Assembly: GCA_973895155.1 (NCBI GenBank)
Contig: OZ316891.1
Coordinates: 26,901,972 to 26,965,971, forward strand
DNA: 64,000 nucleotides
Direction: 5' to 3'
DNA from: Marsupella aquatica
Taxonomy: Eukaryota; Plantae; Marchantiophyta
Made by a program: the position numbers and the translations under genes. This document shows, piece after piece, positions 1 through 12,568 of the stretch. The notes beneath the pieces were generated by a model, which did no database searches, had not been told where the DNA came from, and saw nothing but the letters and a program-made list of their open reading frames with translations. Every line of letters begins with the position of its first letter. Within the stretch, counting starts at the first letter, position 1.

Positions 1-1192
1 TCTCTCCCTCCAGTTCGTTGAAGTGGACGTAGAGACTTTGAAGGCTTTTCAGGCGAGGCCAAATGCTTTTCGGTAATGTTCCATTGAGTCGATTGCCTTG
101 AAGCTGCAGCTCCTGGAGCAATGTCAGGTTTCCCAAACTCTCTGGCAGGGGCCCAGCGAGCTGATTAACATGAAGGAAGAGTACCGTGAGTTGCGTGAGA
201 TTGCCAATATCTTCCGGAATGTTACCAGTGAGCTGGTTATCAAACAGCCGGAGCTTGTGCAAGCTCCGCACACTGCAAATGCTGATAGGGATCGGTCCAG
301 AGAACTGATTGGAGTCCAGGTACAGCTCCTGCAGTTTGCTCATCCGGTTCATATCCACAGGAAGCCCTCCCGCTAATAAGTTCCCACTGAGATGCAGCTT
401 CGTCAGATTTGACAACCCTGTGAGAGAAGCAGGCAGCGGTCCCATCAACGAATTCAGTCCGAGGTCCAGCACCGTGAGCGCCTCTAGCTGGCCGAGCGAT
501 TCGGGCAGTGACTCGTTCAGACTATTGTGACTAATATTCAGCACAGAGAGACTGGACAGGGTCCCCAGGCACGGAGGGATGCGACCTTCAAGAGAGTTAC
601 CGCCCAACACCAAAACTGACATTGACGAGGCTCGACAGATATCTTCGGGCACTTGTCCTCGCAGCTGATTCTGGGCGAGTGACAGGCTCTGGAGAAACGG
701 AAAGTCGCCAAAAATTCCGGGGATTTCTCCGACGAAAGAATTCCCACTCAAATCTAAAACCCGGAGAGTTGACAGATTCGAGAGACTGCCTGAGAGATCG
801 GAGAGACTGCCAGTGAGGCTACAATTGGCGAGAGAGAGAGAATTAAGGCGTGGCAAACGTCCAATGCTGGAAAAGAATGCAACGGAGATGATTCCACCGG
901 TACCATTAAGATTGATGGCGACGACATGTTGCAGAGGAGTCCCACCGTCGCATGTGATACCTTGCCAAGCATTTCTGCACGGGTCCGGCCCCGTCTTGTT
1001 CAGCCATGCGTTGGCGTTGATACTTTGTAGCGCGTCAAGCTCGTCTGTGTAGGTCGGGCTCGGGGCTGCCGCTGCGGCGGCTGTACTTGAGAGGGGGAGA
1101 GAACTCGAAACGAGAAGTAAGAAGTTGAGGATGCTCAGGCTAGCTCTTGCCAAAGCCCTTCTTCTACTATCCCAGGACCTCATCATCTCCAT
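1..1192 (-). CDS. LRR receptor-like kinase/protein, N-terminal extracellular part (truncated at window edge)
   Basis: Open frame from ATG at 1192 to the window edge, absent from the ORF track because it has no stop inside the window. It reads MEMMRSWDSRRRALARASLSILNFLLLVSSSLPLSS (signal peptide), an LRRNT cap DPCRNAWQGITCDG, then about 11 plant-type LRRs (e.g. LSTLRVLDLSGNSFVGEIP, LQELYLDSNQFSGPIP). No kinase domain is visible in the window. Confidence 0.93.
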   Translation of the reverse strand, partial: MEMMRSWDSRRRALARASLSILNFLLLVSSSLPLSSTAAAAAAPSPTYTDELDALQSINANAWLNKTGPDPCRNAWQGITCDGGTPLQHVVAINLNGTGGIISVAFFSSIGRLPRLNSLSLANCSLTGSLSDLSGSLSNLSTLRVLDLSGNSFVGEIPGIFGDFPFLQSLSLAQNQLRGQVPEDICRASSMSVLVLGGNSLEGRIPPCLGTLSSLSVLNISHNSLNESLPESLGQLEALTVLDLGLNSLMGPLPASLTGLSNLTKLHLSGNLLAGGLPVDMNRMSKLQELYLDSNQFSGPIPISICSVRSLHKLRLFDNQLTGNIPEDIGNLTQLTVLFLHVNQLAGPLPESLGNLTLLQELQLQGNRLNGTLPKSIWPRLKSLQSLYVHFNELEGE

Positions 1193-2627
1193 CGTCAGCA
1201 GTGCATGCGCCTCCTGCCAATTTAAAGACCTCGAGCTAGCTACACTCGATTGTGTCCCAACATCAGTCTCTGGATCCTTGCCTTCATGAATTCTGATCTG
1301 CTTCTGTCACCCAGAGGTAGATTGAGTGACTAGAATGGATGACTTCTTCCCGGCGCCATTGGGACTCATTTCTGAGTGAGATCAATAATGGAGAGTCAGA
1401 CTGACATATATAAGGACTCAATTTTAGAGAGATGAATGGAGACTGAGGCAGACCGTCATTGTGCATCGTCTACAGTAGATGTTAGTACATACAATGATCC
1501 CGTCAAGTCGTGTCGATATTGCATCACTGGAGTGCGTTCCTGCAGGAGTTTTCACCGCTTTGCTTCGGTCATGCAATCAGCAACGAACCGTGCATCAATG
1601 ATACTGTAGGCATTCAAATGAAATCTAGACAGTCTGTTCTGCTCACTTTGACTCTCACAGTCAGTCCCAATTGGACCTGTCGACGTACTCGGTACCAATC
1701 GCCTGGAACGCATGATCGATTCAGAGACTAAGCAGCGGAGAATCGAGAGTCCAGGCAATTCTTAACAACTGATCATGCATTTCGCATTGCTGCCATCGTT
1801 TCGGAGCAGTTTGTAGACAGGATGGAGGATCAGAGATTCAACACGTCGAAGACGAAGAGCAGCCGGCAAATGCAAGCAGATCTTCGCGGAGCAGTGTGTA
1901 GCAGCAATCTGATGCTCACAAAACAACCAGATACCGTGGGAGACCATGTAATTATAGGAGGGGAAGACCCAGATTTCTCGCTGGGAGCTTTGAAAGTTTC
2001 CTCCATAGGACCCGGACAGGACTTATTGTCTACGTGTTACGTGGGTTGGTCGCACTTCGTCAAAGCAAAAGCCAAATTACAAGTAACCGAGAAGTAAACT
2101 TCGTAATAACTACTGTAGGCTGTGGAACAATGAACGCTTAAACCAATTTATTCGCTCGGACTACTTTTCGACCCATTTTTTAATGTATTTTTCACAAAGG
2201 ATACCCACCGTGGGAACTGGAAGCTCAGATGGACACAACCGTTTGAGATTGTAATTCGGATAAAGCGAGGCATGTCCGCTTGGCACTATCCTCCGGAACT
2301 ACAGTTTCATGCTACCATTTGATATTGTAATCTTAGTATAAAAGCGTCAACCTTAGTCTACTTTTAAGGCCTAGGTCTCTAGTGAAGACTCTAGACCTTC
2401 ACTCCCAATAGAGACAAAACTGATGAGGTTCATTAAGTAAAAAAATTTAAATGAGGATCAAGTGACATTGACTTTAAATAAAGACAAAACTGAAATGAGA
2501 ACAATCCAAAACAAAGATTCTGCAAAGACTAACCAAAATAACATATACATTTTATTGTGCAAGATTTATGCATTCAAGGAAGGGGTCATTGTGCTAGTTT
2601 GGATGAGAGGCGCTTCCCTTAACACTA

Positions 2628-2840
2628 CCCTCCCGGAACCTACAGTGTCATGGTTTGGAAGTGTAAGAGAATATAGCCAAGGGAAGTCCTTCAGTTGGAT
2701 GAGCCTCCCAGAACCTACAGTGTCATGGTATGGACAAGTAAGAGAATACAACCAACTGAAGGGAAGTGGGTCAGTTGAATGAGCCTCCCGGAACCTACAG
2801 TGTCATGGTATGGAAGTATAAGAGAATGTAACCAAGGGAA
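2628..2840. repeat. Tandem repeat, ~75-80 bp unit x3
   Basis: CCTCCC(G/A)GAACCTACAGTGTCATGGT(T/A)TGGA..GT.TAAGAGAAT recurs at ~2628, ~2704 and ~2784. Confidence 0.9.
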
Positions 2841-3420
2841 CCTAACTCCTTTTGTTGAATGAGATCAAGGCCGTTACATGGATAGAATACCTGAGGAATC
2901 CACTGACACCTATCTATTACTGGTCAACTTCATGTTTACACATCACCTTTCCTAACAGAGGTGTAAAACAGGGTGATGAGTAAATTTAAACATTTCATTT
3001 GTGACCATCTGGGCATCACGTCAAACATCCGTGTCAAGCTTCCACGGTGACCCTTCACTTTGTGATAGAAGAACGAAAATACATGAGCCCTCTGGGGCCA
3101 CTTAGACCTGGTATTGGTGGTGCTCTGAGTGAGGAGGGTTGCTCGTTTTACCTTTCGTCCTGGAAGCTGAGTGGTCGCCGATCCTGCTAGGGAATAATGT
3201 AGCTAAAAGGTCTCATTATAGACTCTCCTGAGCTCAATTGTCTGACCACTTCAACCCACCAGTTTCCTCCACAAGATCAAGGATTACTTTTGTTTTGTTT
3301 TTGTGGTTGTGTGGGTTCACGGGCTTGTTAAGCATCTTTGGACTACTTGAGGTCTTTCCCTTTGGTATCCTGTGTCCCGGCTTGGCGCTTGTGTTCTTTG
3401 GCATCGTTTTATATGAATAA

Positions 3421-3744
3421 GCCTTGGAAGTGGGGCCAGCTCAGCTCAGCTAGATGGTGAGAAGCGCCTCAGTCTCAAAGTCCTGTTTGACTCCCCTGTA
3501 TAATTATCTCATATTCTACTGCCAATCTCCTTAATTAATTAAACAACAGATACCACTAAAAGGGCCCTGCCCATGTAAATTTGAAAAATTGCATGCAATA
3601 AGCCTTGGAAGTGGGACCAGCTCAGCTCAGCTCATCTAGATGGTGAGAATCGCCTCTCAAAGTCCTGTTTGACTCTCCTGTATAACTATTCCATATTTTA
3701 CTCACCTGCCAATATCTTTAATTGATTAAACAACAGATACCACT
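3421..3744 (+). repeat. Two tandem copies of a ~140-180 bp repeat with a tRNA-like head (possible SINE); third degenerate copy at 4530-4648
   Basis: GCCTTGGAAGTGGG(G/A)CCAGCTCAGCTCAGCT...AGATGGTGAGAA.CGCCTC...TCAAAGTCCTGTTTGACTC...TAAACAACAGATACCACT at 3421 and 3602. The A-box-like (AGCTCAG..TGGT) and B-box-like (GTTTGACTCC) matches are imperfect. Confidence 0.6.
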
Positions 3745-6700
3745 GTACCCCGCCCCCATCCACCCACAGTTCATTTGCCTGGGGGAGCAGTGCCAGACCT
3801 ACCCACTTGCTTTGTATCATAGAACTCCCTTACTCTAAAACAATTTTTCTGGCTATTTTGTCAAAATAGAAATTGGTTTTAGATGCTATTTTTTGTGGAA
3901 CATAGATCTGGGTGAGATCGGTTTACATTTTGAGCTGTAGATAGCCCCCTATGGTGAGTTAATGAGATTATATGTTCTTTTGTTTATACAACTGTCTAGC
4001 ATACCTACCTGTCCCTTAACCTCAATAGAAGTGAGGACAACAAAGACATTACAAAATGTAAGATACTCTACTAAATTCACAATGACTTGCCCCTAATTCC
4101 TGTTTCTGCCTGCAGCACCACCTTCACTTAGGCTCTGAAAGTCACAATCTAGATGCTTCGATCAGTATGTAGGCCCCAAGAGCAGCTTTTGACTAAATAT
4201 TGTCATCATATAGTTGCTAGTCTAACTAGTCAAACTATTTGTTCTCAGTAAGCAAATTAATAGAGGTGAAAACAAAATAGAATTACCAAAAAAAAGTTTA
4301 CTGTTCTATTCATGTGTTTTCCAACCCCCGATTTATGTCTGCACCCCCACCTTTATGCACCAGTTCTCGATAGTGGGTCTTGAGAGTAGATTTCTATTGC
4401 AATGATATAGTCAGAGATAGACTCTATCGTATGTGAATGAGGATTACAGGTTAACTGGAGTACACTTTGCAAGATCTTGTGGTTTAAGCAAATTCCACCA
4501 GAAGATCACGGATTGAAATTTCCATGCAAGCTTTGGAAGTGGGGCCAGCTGAGCATAATGAAGTTGAGTAGCGTTTCCAAAGTCTTCTGTTGAATCTAAT
4601 ACACAGTTGTCGCAGATTCTATTGCCAATCTCTTTATTTAATAAACAAATTTAGAAATGACACAAATGAGGTAAAGAAGAACAGCAAATGAATCCTTTGT
4701 GAGCTCCACTATCAAAGAGGGTTGACTACCTAGCTAGCTACACATATGATTTAGGTAGATTAGAGAGAGGATTGACCCTTGCGCTTCTTCATTTTTGCTA
4801 TTATATATAAAGGCAAAAGATATGGAATTAATTTACGTAGCTATCATGTATCCTATCACCTATCCTGCATCCTTGTTGAGGCTGGGATATTTTCTTCCAG
4901 AAAGGGCGTAGGGGGTTGGCTTCAGGCTAATCCAGCCATGATCCCTCATATGTCAATCTTTAGATGAATTTTTGATAGCCATGCGTCTTTGTCTAGGGTT
5001 ACCCATCCCCTTCTTGCATGTGATTGGGCCTCCCTAATTCCTACACTTGTGGGAAGACTTTTGATGACACATGGATCCATCTTCTTTGCTGCAATAGAGG
5101 GGGAAAAACCATTGTTATTTTTACTCAAAGAAGTAACTGAATGTTGCGCCCAATGTTACTACAGGTTCCTGCCAATTGTGCTGGAGGGTGGTGGCGCATG
5201 TGGCCAAAACCCCTTGCCACATAGTGCCATACCAATCACGGGGGACCTGGGTTAACTACAGCCCTTTTATAAGGCCCATATACAAAATGGGGACCTGGCA
5301 GTTCAAATAGTTTGGGGGACCGGTTAAGAACTTTGAACAGTGTGAGGGACCCGTTAGTAAAAAATGGAGATGTAATATTTGAATTTCAAAATAACATTTG
5401 AAAACAGTCCATCCAGTTTTCATGGTCCATCAGAGTTGCTTAACTAACATTGTGGTCTATCGGGGCTTCTTGTTTGAGGTTGTATATCACACGTGAGTTT
5501 ATGAGGCTTGACCTGGGAATGGGTTGTGGGCACAGTTCTTTTGCAGTTTCTTCCTATGCGAATATTAGTGACAAGAAAAAGGCAATAATGGAACGAACCA
5601 AACCCCTCCACGTACAGCAAGAGGTGCGTCCACTCCTGAGGCAAAAGCTTTTTCCCGATTGGGGAAAGACTGAGTCCAACAAATCATTATTGGCTTTGTT
5701 TGAAATATTCCAAGTCACTCATATCTACTAGTTATTGTCTCCCTTCAAACTTGAAAGGAGTGCTTGGTGGACCACTCATATAGCATGCTCATCCTGGAAC
5801 ATGCTTTATTTTTTGTCTTGTAGTGATTTGAAAGTAAATAAAATATGAGAGCATAGAAGTGCTGTTATATGAGTAAAGTGTCTGCCAAGAAAAGCACAGT
5901 GACCAAGAAAAGGTACAGTCAAACGATGCTACAATGTGTACACTTAACTCAGGGTGCCTTATGAATGACACTCCTTTCAATAAAAACCATAAACCTAGGA
6001 AAGAAAAACATGAGGAGAACTTAAGAGACTATGCATTCATGTTCAACCTCATTTCTCTCACTCGTGGTGGTGGAGCCTTTGGTTTCATCTCTAAGAAAAC
6101 ACATACTGTGAAAGGGGGTTGCCAAAATAAGTTCAAAACACTCTAGAACACCTAAAACTAAAGGGGTCTAAAAATTAATTAAAAATGTATAGAATACAAA
6201 GGCTGTCCCTTGATAAGGCAGATTGAAATGAAATACATGATACAAAAATCTGAATAAGACAAAATCTGAAAATATAGCAGCTTCAAAAATTTCAGATGAG
6301 CCTTGCAATCTGGATGGAGCAGGTTCTTGTTTCCCAGAAAAGTTTTCTTACAGAGGAAATGCCATATGGTCTTGGATCCTTTTTTAAAAGGGGATGGAAA
6401 GGGAAACCACACCTGAAAGCCAGTCCGGGGCTCTTGCCTTGGATTGGGAAATACTTAGATGGAGAGATTGTGGTGGGTGTAAATGTAGGATCAAACAAAT
6501 ACGAATTTTCATTTGTGAACAAGAAGTGAGAACGTGTCAACGGACAAACAGAGGGAGCTGCAAGTAAAATAGTGAGCCAATCAAAGGGCTTATAAAAAAG
6601 TAATTTTTTGAAATTTGACGGACAGTCACATTCAAATGAGGTCACAAGGTTGACACTAGGTTCACATGGTCTTTCATGTCCTTGCCCTGAAGCCGAGGCA

Positions 6701-7219
6701 TGGCTTTGACGGAAATTCAATGCAATGGGTGCCCAGTGGATGGCTTCTACACGAGCGGTTGGGCAAATTAAGGGGTCAATTTGGAGTTACATGGATTAGA
6801 CAAGCCTTGCCATCAAGTAGTCAGATGCACTTGTTGTGTCAAAATTGTTTGCAGCAATTGGGGTAGCAATGAGCACTTCAGTTAGGGTCAACCTCAGTGG
6901 CATCAACTCAGGATAGCAGCACAAGAATTAATTGACATTTGCAACTCTACTTCTGCAAATTTTACCATCTGCAATTCATTATACTCCACAATTTAAAAAA
7001 ATCTGCAATCTCATGTGTAATGTATAGCCAGTTCAACTAAGTGAGGCAAATTACTGCATGCAGTTTTCAGGGTAGCTTCGTTCCATGTGTATCTCCCTAT
7101 TGCTTTGCCATTTGGATGCAGTCCCCAATGTGAAGACAACCCAGTGCAGGTTGTTTCCCAAAAAGCATTTAGTTACCCCTTCTGCCCGCCCCCCCCCCCC
7201 CCCCGGGGCTTTCCCTCTC

Positions 7220-7700
7220 AATGGATTTGTGATGAAAAAGTTTAGGAGAATTGTGTTTAAGTGTCATGTAATCTTCCAAAAAGGCCATTTATCCACTCTT
7301 TAACACCGTGGCCATTTATCCTGCCTGAAGTGGTTCATCAAAAAGTCTAGGAGCCAAAAAAATGTTACAAGTGTCACGTGAAGAAAGCATCCCTCTTGTC
7401 TCACGTAGGGTCCAGTCTTGGCCATTTACTCGCCCCGCATGAACGGATTCTTCATCAAAAAGTCTAGGAGCCAACAAGAATGTGCGAAGTGTCACTTGAT
7501 AACAACATCCATGGTGTCTTCTGTAATGGTCCACAAGCTTTTGGCCATTCACCCGGCGTGAACAGGTTTGTGATCAAAAAGTGTAGGAGCCAATAACAAA
7601 TTGTGCTGAGTGTCATGTGAAGAAATCATCCATCTAAATTGTCCACCAAAAAGGTCATGACCACTTTTGGCCATTTACTCTGACCTGAACGGATTCTGTT
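7220..7700. repeat. Degenerate tandem repeat, ~115-125 bp unit x4
   Basis: Recurring GGCCATT(T/C)A...TGAA...TCAAAAAGT(C/G)TAGGAGCCAA...AGTGTCA(C/T)(G/T)TGA blocks. Confidence 0.85.
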
Positions 7701-10269
7701 ATAGGTTTCCAAGATAAACAGGTTTTGTTATCAATCAAGTCATGTTCCCACCAATTTGTCAAAACCCCAAGTTACACATTTTTATTCATCACAAGAGAGA
7801 AGAAGTCTTAATTTACTGAAAAGGCTTTGGGTACGGTTTTGAATGCAACTTATGGGCACCTGGTATACGGTCCTCCATGCCTTCTACTCAAACTACAAAC
7901 TGAAGCTACCATTGGTGCCACTTGAGCTACCTGTGTCCTCCACCCTTTGCCCTAAACTGCAGCAAAAGACAACGTAGTCTTGAAAACGTAAACTATGTTG
8001 TTGAGGTATATGCTTGATGGCCCCCTGGTTGGAAAGGTTTGCTTATGGACTGCCATGAAAGTCTTATTACAGTTTGGACCCCCTCTGAGAATGCAGTATA
8101 GTCAGTGCTTCTAAGGAGGTGCCCAACTGCACAGTTCCCTGCCATCCCTTACAGTGTCACCCTGTCGAACACCATAGTTTATGGTGACATAGTACACCCC
8201 CCCCCCTTGTGTATCAAGTGGCAAGTGCACTAGATGCAGTTTTCTGCTGTCATTTAGTGCACTAGATACAGTTTTCTAAAGACTAGTGACTATGTCTTCA
8301 GCTCCCTTTGATTTCAGTGCTTGGCAAGTGGGGACACTTTTTTCTCTGCATGCCACTATCGCTATTTTCTTGTGGGTTTAGGTGGAGGCGCCATTTTTCT
8401 TGTGAATTTTAGGTGGGCACAAGGTTCTGTGAGTTCCGATGGAGACAATCCCTCTTGTGGGTTAGGCGGAAGCCACAGTTTCCGACAAGGATGGTACTGA
8501 AGGATGCAAGGAGTGACAGTCCGGACCCTTCATTTCACCTCATTTTTCTGTATCTTCTTCTGATCATTTCTGGGTCGGAGTAACAGACCACATTGCCGGG
8601 AGTGACTAGTATGATCTACTTCACCCTCCTTTCAAACCCCCAAAACATTTAGTTTAGTATATATTTTGGGAACCAAGTCAAAGATACTCAATAATTATTA
8701 ATTTATCTAGGACCCACTACTCCCAAGTGACTGACCTTGTCAACTCATCAAAATTCATTGTCCATCCCTCGTATGCATGGTTGTACCGTGTACCCCACCA
8801 CAAAAGCAGTTTTCATTTAATTTGCACTATTCACTCTCGTCTCTTGAAACCTTTGAGAGTACTTCAATGTTGTTTGATATTCTATCTTTCTTCTGTAATA
8901 TGCAATCCAGCCAGAATTGCGGATTGTCAACTTACAAAAAATGCTAAAAAATGGGGACAAGATCATGACCGCCCAACAATATCACTATCACCCTTGGATA
9001 AGCCAAAAGCACCTTCATACCTGCCCCCTGTCCTGCTTTGCCTGCTGCCCTGCTTACATACTCTGACAATAGTACATCAGGCCAGACTGAAGTCAACAAA
9101 AAGTATTTTCTTACAGTAGTACCTAAGGCTTGAATAAAGGCCACAGAAAGTACGTTCTTGCCCTATAGGCTGGTAGGCTTATATTGTTATAGGTATCATT
9201 GCCTATAACAAGGGTACTTAGGAATCCAGGGTTGAATCTAATGGCATTACTTACCCTCCAGTGTTATGGGGAGGTAAATACCAAAGGTATATATTTCCTT
9301 GCTAAGATATGATTGTATGGAATACAGATATGAAGTTATAGAAGACATTAATTTATTTCACTCCCAAGATGAATGAATAGTAGTAAGCAGGGGAGGGAGG
9401 CAGAGGCGCTAGGCTGGAGGGAAGTTAATAAAAGGATATAAAGAAAGGAAAAAATAGAGAAAAATAAATAAATTTGGGAAATGTTTATAAAAAACAAATA
9501 GGGGAAAAGGGTTTAGGGGACAAGAGAAAGGGGTGCATTGACCTAATAAAAAATTGAGGGCCAGGAGAGAAAGGGAGAATGGAGGGGAATAAAAGGATAC
9601 AAATAAAGAAAATTGGAGAAATGCAAGAAAAGAAAAAAATGGGGAAAAGAAGAGAAGGGGTGCTTAGACCTAATGAAAAAAATTGCATGCTAGAATGTAG
9701 TGACATTTTGGGCCCCTAAAAGAATTATGACAGTTTGGTGAATCCAACTTTTTTCAAACACTTTGGTCCACCCAAAGCCATGTTCACCCCCTCCTTCCTG
9801 CCCTAACTACCTTCACATGCCCTTTACATTTTGGCTCACCATCTGTGCCTCCGCTCTCCCTAGCGCACTCTCCAAGCCAAAACTTCATCGTGCGCCTTGT
9901 GATCTGGAGAAGAGGGTGGTGACAGCAAAGGGTGTGCCCGGGGGGGGGGGGGGGGGAGAGCAGAGGGGCGAAGAGAACTACAGATAAAAAGGAGAGGGCC
10001 AAAAAGGAGAGGTTATCTCTCCACTTAGCACTACAAAGACCAAGCATGGACTTGCACTTGGACCCTTCAATGCCACACCCCTTGCGCTCCTCTCTCCATC
10101 CCATGCGCTCACCCTACCCAGCAGAATGTTTGTAGAACATTCCAACTAATAGGGGGTAGACACAAAATTGGAAATCTTAGATTTTAATTAGAAGATCCAA
10201 GGCCTAACAATGTCGCAAGTGATGGGGAGGTCCTCCATATAGTGAGCCTCAAAGGTATTGTTTGCTCAC

Positions 10270-10550
10270 CTAGGTGTTTTTTCACCCTGACATATTTTTC
10301 TCTCCTGAGCATCTTTTCTTTAACTTGATATGTTTCTCTCCTCAACATTTTTTCTTCACCTTGATATATTTTTCTCTCATCGACATCTTTTTTACACTTT
10401 CACATCTTTTCCTTACCTTCTCATCTTTTCCCTCCTTGACATCTTTTTTTCACCTTCACATCTTTTTCTCATCTTCACATCTTAGTCTCTCCTTGACATC
10501 TTAGTCTCACCTTGACATCTTCTGTGTGCAATGCACAAGCATTGGGCTAA
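10270..10550 (+). mobile_element. Helitron-like 3' end preceded by an ~18-19 bp minisatellite array
   Basis: Array of TCTCACCTTGACATCTTTT-like units, then hairpin TGTGCAATGCACA (10525-10537), AGCATTGGG and CTAA|T. The same junction occurs in inverted orientation at 40550 and 42372. Confidence 0.6.
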
Positions 10551-10996
10551 TAATCTATAATTAATCCGTGGACCCCCATGTTATTTTAGAGTATGTTATC
10601 TAGAAATTGAAGCATAGATGGACCTCCAAATCTAAAGAAAAAAATTCAAAAATGGACAAGTCAATGTTTGACACTTCAAACAGTTGCCAAGCTTACCAAG
10701 GCAACCATAATTAACATCAATTACAAAACCAGCTACAATGTGAACTATTGTTTAATGTGTGGGTAACTTAATTGCCCACTTTAGCAAAACGGTGCTCGAT
10801 GATTTCCTCCACGGTACCGAAGGGATGCTGGATGCACTCAAGTTGCATCGAAAGTAATCACTTTTCAATTCCTACATGCAAATAGACAAAAAGAGAGAAG
10901 TCGTCGGTGTCATCAAAATCACTAACTTCACATAATTGTTTAAGACAAAAAGTTTCATGGAAACAAATCTCCAATTGTGGAATTTGGAATGGATCA

Positions 10997-11210
10997 AAAG
11001 CTAGAGAAATTTAGAAACTCATGACCACTTTAGTACTTGATAAAATCTCCCAATGTCACACTCATTGGAAAGCTAGAGAACTTGGAAACTTATAATCTCC
11101 TCAGAAGTCAACTAAATCTATTAATGTTAAGTTCATTAAAAAGCTAAAGAAATTTTGAAATTCATAATCTCCTTAGTACTCGATAATATCTATCAATTTT
11201 AGGTTCATTC
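10997..11210. repeat. Tandem repeat, ~71-72 bp unit x3
   Basis: AAAGCTA(G/A)AGAA.TT..GAAA.T.AT.A.C.C at ~10997, ~11069 and ~11140. Confidence 0.8.
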
Positions 11211-11799
11211 TCATCGAAAGGGTCAACATTTAAGGGGTTGTACAACATAGATTTTTATTCATGTTAGAGATTATGTAATCACGGGTAACATCTCTTTTTT
11301 AAATTACTTACTCAATTCTTATCGAATGGTGACAATGTTGAGCTCATTAGGACCGACTCTTCAAGATCTTTCCAACACCATATTATACGTGAGTTTTCAT
11401 TATGATTTGACTCAGCAATATCAAATCAAAAATTGCTGCCGGGAAAATTTTATGTTTTGAATAAAATCAAAATGTAAATAAAACCGTTATTGGGAGCAGT
11501 TTACCTCAATCTTTTTGTCTTTTGATTTGCATGTAAAAACAAATTTACATTCTTTTTTACGGCATGGCGTCCCAATTGTTACAGCAAAGTTGTGTTTGTT
11601 ATCTTAAACACGAATGCAAAAGTTAATTTTATCCAAAAACAAGTCTCTTGCTGTTTGGAGCATGTCATGATGATGTGGCATGTTGTGAAGCCAGGAATTT
11701 TGGAAAGGACCCCTAATGGGGGTCCTTAATTATGTAGGAGTTGTACTTTGACTTATAGTATGTGTATAGCACACAGTTGAAGAACAGAAAATGTCGAAC

Positions 11800-12320
11800 C
11801 TGGAGACATGAACCCAAAGGCGAGGGACCCCAGAAAGAGCCAAGAGCTAGAGAGTCCTCCACAATAACAAAGGAACTAAAGCCCTACTTGGCAGCATTCT
11901 GAAAAAACTTGCCTAAAGCTTCACTCTGAGTAAACCATATAAAAGGGTTATGAAGAGGAATCTGTGTGGACTGAGACCCTAAAGCCAACAACTTCATCCC
12001 TCTCAAGAATTGTAAATGTAAGCTGAGCCCACTGTGTTGCAACAGACACCTGTTGTCTGAAGGACTGGATGATTATTCACTTTGTAACTGGTTCAATCCT
12101 CGTGCATTGCAAAAAGGGTTATAAGTCTATGGAAGTGTGTACACAACTATGGGCCTTTTCACAAAGGAGAAGTGCTATCTGAGTATAAAAAAGGTTTTCC
12201 TGCATCCATCTGGGTAGCTCTGGTCCATCTGGGCATTGTGTCACATTCCATGGGGGCTCCAGTTTCACGATTAGATGCTTCAAAGTTGAAAAAGAATTTG
12301 AAGAATTTGGGAACAATTTT
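11800..12320 (-). mobile_element. Degraded dispersed repeat (LINE-like remnant), homologous to ~31590-31670
   Basis: ATCTGGGT...TGG.CC.TCTGGGCATT.TGTCACA...G(G/A)GCT.CAGTTTCA is shared with ~31598-31666; translations are VTQCPDGPELPRW and VTKCPDGPTKPRY. LINE identity and outer boundaries are inferred. Confidence 0.4.
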
Positions 12321-12568
12321 AAATCGCATTTTATGAAAATTTCCTCACAGTCTCTGAAGTTGTAGATGACACAAATGAAAGAAGACTTGCATACGCCATG
12401 ATAGTTCTATAAAATGTCTCTTCTTCCTGTACAAGAAATCCCATATGCATCTGGGAAGGGAATATAAGCAAACATTATGACACACCCAAGAGCAGGACAA
12501 CCGAGTAGACAATCTCATCTGGTAATCTGAGCTCCATCAAAAACTTTATGCAGACAATTCTATGCAAG

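Noticed and set aside
98-1052. Short ORFs listed in the track over the LRR region
   Set aside because: They are antisense or alternative-frame shadows of the minus-strand LRR CDS.
4900-6900. Possible retroelement coding remnants
   Set aside because: No RT, integrase or endonuclease motif could be recognised with confidence.
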